A stretch of 64,000 nt of DNA from an uncultured Gemmatimonadales bacterium (GTDB taxonomy: Bacteria > Gemmatimonadota > Gemmatimonadetes > Longimicrobiales > RSA9): positions 448,001 to 512,000 of the forward strand of contig CAWAMW010000002.1 in NCBI GenBank assembly GCA_963783305.1, in the 5' to 3' direction. The notes under the pieces are model-generated. The model had not been told where the DNA came from. It ran no database searches and saw only the letters and a list, made by a program, of their open reading frames with translations. A program made the position numbers and the translations under genes. How positions within the stretch are numbered: the first letter of the stretch is position 1; each line of letters starts with the position of its first letter. Shown here one piece after another: positions 61,685 through 64,000 of this stretch.

Positions 61685-61924
61685 CTACCACTTCTGCCCG
61701 TGACACGAGTAGCAAGACGGCTCCCCGTTCGTTCCGCCTTGCAGATCCGCGCCGTGGCACGCGGTGCAATTGGCCGTGGGGTCCTCCAGGCCCGGCCTGT
61801 GCGCCACACCGTCCTTGTTCACCGTGTGACCTTGCGGCGCGTCGGGCGGGAGCGTGGGATCCTCACCGCACCCGACGAGTCCCCCACCGAGCACCAACGC
61901 CAGAGTCAGGAGTAACACGCGCAC
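61685..61924 (-). CDS. Very small diheme c-type cytochrome lipoprotein
   Basis: GGAGG plus GTG; LVG-C lipobox; CTACH and CYSCH. Confidence 0.8.
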   Translation of the reverse strand: MRVLLLTLALVLGGGLVGCGEDPTLPPDAPQGHTVNKDGVAHRPGLEDPTANCTACHGADLQGGTNGEPSCYSCHGQKW

Positions 61925-62007
61925 GAGCACCTCCGGGTTGGGTTCGAGGGGGACCGCCATTCGCGATGGCGATTCCCGGACCACCCGCTTACGTCGGGTT
62001 GATCGGT

Positions 62008-63060
62008 TCAGTCCGTGGCCAGCCCTGGCGACTCCACGGACCGCGGCAGCACCGGCTCGTTGATATAGTCGAACGGCACCCGGCCCGTCAGCGAGCGCAG
62101 CCACGCGGTGATGTCGGCGACCTGCGCGTCGTCCAGCTCAACTCCGAGCTGATGGCGCCCCATCAGCCGCACCGCGTCCTGGAGCCGCTGAACCGACCCG
62201 TCATGGAAGTACGGCCACGTCTCTTCGATGTTGCGCAGCGACGGCACCTTGAATACCTGGTGGTCCGCTTCGTCGCCCGTGACCGCAAAGCGGCCGTCGT
62301 CCTCGCTCGAGAACCACGGCTTTACCAGCCCGGCCTTCCGGTATGTGCTGCCGCCCACGTACGCGCCGGTGTGGCACGTCCCGCAGCCCACCTGCGCGTA
62401 CGTTTCGAAGCCCTTCTTCTCCTGGTCGCTCAGCGCACCCTCGTCGCCGCCCAGGTAGGCGTCCCAACGCGACGGCGTGACGAGCCCGCGCTCGAACGCA
62501 CCGATGGCACGGCCGAAATTCTCGAACGTCACCGGTCCCGCCTCACCCGGGAACGCTGCGCGGAACGCCTCGACGTAGCCCGGAATCCCATTCAGCACGG
62601 TGACGACATCGTCACCCGTCGACATCCCCATCTCGACGGGGTTCAGCACCGGGCCCAGCGCCTGCGCCTCCACGTCCGGCGCGCGGCCGTCCCAGAACTG
62701 CGAGACGTGGCCCGCGGCGTTGTAGACGGTCGGCTCGTTGCGCCCGCCCATCGAGCCATCGTGGCCGACACCGGTGCGGCGGTGGCTCGTGCCGTAGTCG
62801 TGCAGCGGGTGGCAGACGTAGCAGGAAACGTCACCGCTCGCCGAGACGCGCGTGTCGTAATACAGCATCCGGCCGAGTGCGACCTTCTCGGCGGTGGCCG
62901 GGTTCTCACCGGACGCCATCGTCTCCGGCAGCGGCGCAAAGCTGGCGAGCAGCCCGGGATCGATGCCCGCCTGCGTCGGCCGCGGCGCTTCCCTCGTGTC
63001 CCCGCCGCACGCGCTGACGAGCACGTACAGCGCGATCGTCCCGATCTTCAGCGTCTTCAT
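62008..63060 (-). CDS. Diheme cytochrome c peroxidase (CcpA/MauG family), lipoprotein
   Basis: VSA-C; CYVCH, QFWDGRA, NPVEM, CGTCH, FKVPSLRN, PYFHDG. Confidence 0.93.
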   Translation of the reverse strand: MKTLKIGTIALYVLVSACGGDTREAPRPTQAGIDPGLLASFAPLPETMASGENPATAEKVALGRMLYYDTRVSASGDVSCYVCHPLHDYGTSHRRTGVGHDGSMGGRNEPTVYNAAGHVSQFWDGRAPDVEAQALGPVLNPVEMGMSTGDDVVTVLNGIPGYVEAFRAAFPGEAGPVTFENFGRAIGAFERGLVTPSRWDAYLGGDEGALSDQEKKGFETYAQVGCGTCHTGAYVGGSTYRKAGLVKPWFSSEDDGRFAVTGDEADHQVFKVPSLRNIEETWPYFHDGSVQRLQDAVRLMGRHQLGVELDDAQVADITAWLRSLTGRVPFDYINEPVLPRSVESPGLATD

Positions 63061-63326
63061 CCTGATCCTCCTCAAAGTTGCCACGATCTCTCAGTCGCCG
63101 CCTCGTTCCCACGCCCAAGATCACGCCGGCCCTTGGCCGCGGGTATCCCACATCCGTCGCGGACGGGCACGCAGCCACGCCATTTCCGGGCGTATCCGAC
63201 AGATGACGGAGTCGCGCGATACACGCGCCCTCGCTAGCCTCCGAACCATGCGGCGAGCGCGGCGGGCGGGCCGCAGCCGGTGCGTTGATCACGAGCGAGC
63301 AGGGTCGCCGCCCGGGGGGTGGTCCG

Positions 63327-63342
63327 GGGCACGCCCTCTGCA
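63327..63342 (+). promoter_or_regulatory. Candidate sigma-54 (-24/-12) promoter
   Basis: GGGCACG-CCCT-CTGCA with exact GG-N10-GC spacing, ~70 bp upstream of the c4 gene. Confidence 0.4.
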
Positions 63343-63412
63343 AGGTGGCACGGAAACCGGGGCGCAGGCGTCGGCATCGACGGGGCCCCTCCACTGCGAG
63401 ACGGGAACAGCG

Positions 63413-64000
63413 ATGCGAACGAACACGGGGCGGGGTCTGATGATCGCGGTCGCGATGATAGTGTGGTTGGGTATGGCCGGGCACGGATCGGCGGCCGCCC
63501 AGACCACAGGCCGCACGATCGTGATGGAGGGCAACGGGCGCGGCGCGCAGGCATGCGAAACGTGCCACGGCATCACGGGTGCGGGCCAGCCGGCCATGGG
63601 GGCTCCCCGCCTCTCGATCCTCTCGGCGAGCTATATGACGGCTCAGCTCGAGGCGTTTCGACAAGGAACGCGGGAGAACCCGCTGATGACGCCCACCGCC
63701 AAGGCGTTGAACCAGGAGGAGAGCCGCGCCGTTGCCGAGTACTACGCCGGGGTGAGCGGAGACACGAGCGGGGACCCCGGTCCGGGCACCGTGCCCGACT
63801 CCATCACTGGCGACCGGGCGCTGGGAGAGCGTCTCGTCCGGCAGGGTGACTGGAGCCGGACGATCCCACCGTGCATGAGCTGCCACGGCCCTGGCGCGGC
63901 GGGGGTGGACCCCGGCTTCCCGGGGCTCGCCGGGCAGGACGCGGGCTACCTTTTGGGTCAGCTCCGCTCCTGGCGGGAGGGCCAGCGCAGCGGCGACCCA
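63413..64000 (+). CDS. Diheme cytochrome c4 / TsdB-like, runs off window end
   Basis: Hand translation: signal peptide, ACETCHG...PRL...YMTAQL...RENPLM...GDWSRTIPPCMSCHG...FPGLAGQ. Confidence 0.88.
   Translation, partial: MRTNTGRGLMIAVAMIVWLGMAGHGSAAAQTTGRTIVMEGNGRGAQACETCHGITGAGQPAMGAPRLSILSASYMTAQLEAFRQGTRENPLMTPTAKALNQEESRAVAEYYAGVSGDTSGDPGPGTVPDSITGDRALGERLVRQGDWSRTIPPCMSCHGPGAAGVDPGFPGLAGQDAGYLLGQLRSWREGQRSGDP

Overview
Very GC-rich bacterial DNA. The gene repertoire (ADOP/MacB-like permeases, MalT-like regulator, a GWxTD-like protein, many signal-peptide proteins) suggests Gemmatimonadota, but this is inference. I see no rRNA, tRNA, cas gene, transposase or integrase. The left ~47 kb is a patchwork of accessory genes (OM barrels, OmpA protein, acyl-CoA dehydrogenase, hydrolases/peptidases, ABC permeases, ChaN, ArsR/ArsP/thioredoxin, MFS). 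Its intergenic spaces are filled with decayed gene fragments, including four queG remnants, and with minisatellites. The right ~17 kb holds a lipid-A/undecaprenyl modification operon and a heme/Fe-S redox cluster. Two candidate novelties stand out. (1) A dispersed non-coding element occurs three times (about 26.6, 32.9 and 38.7 kb). It is built from 37-bp palindromes and 24-bp linkers with an exact 61-bp period, and one copy lies directly downstream of a stand-alone AbiEi-DUF559 (Vsr-like) nuclease gene. This suggests a REP/REPIN-like or RNA-associated nuclease system. (2) A tetraheme protein fuses a cytochrome c peroxidase to a TsdA-type thiosulfate dehydrogenase and sits near a second peroxidase, a tiny diheme lipoprotein and a TsdB/c4-like cytochrome. 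All product calls come from motif recognition by eye; no database searches were run.
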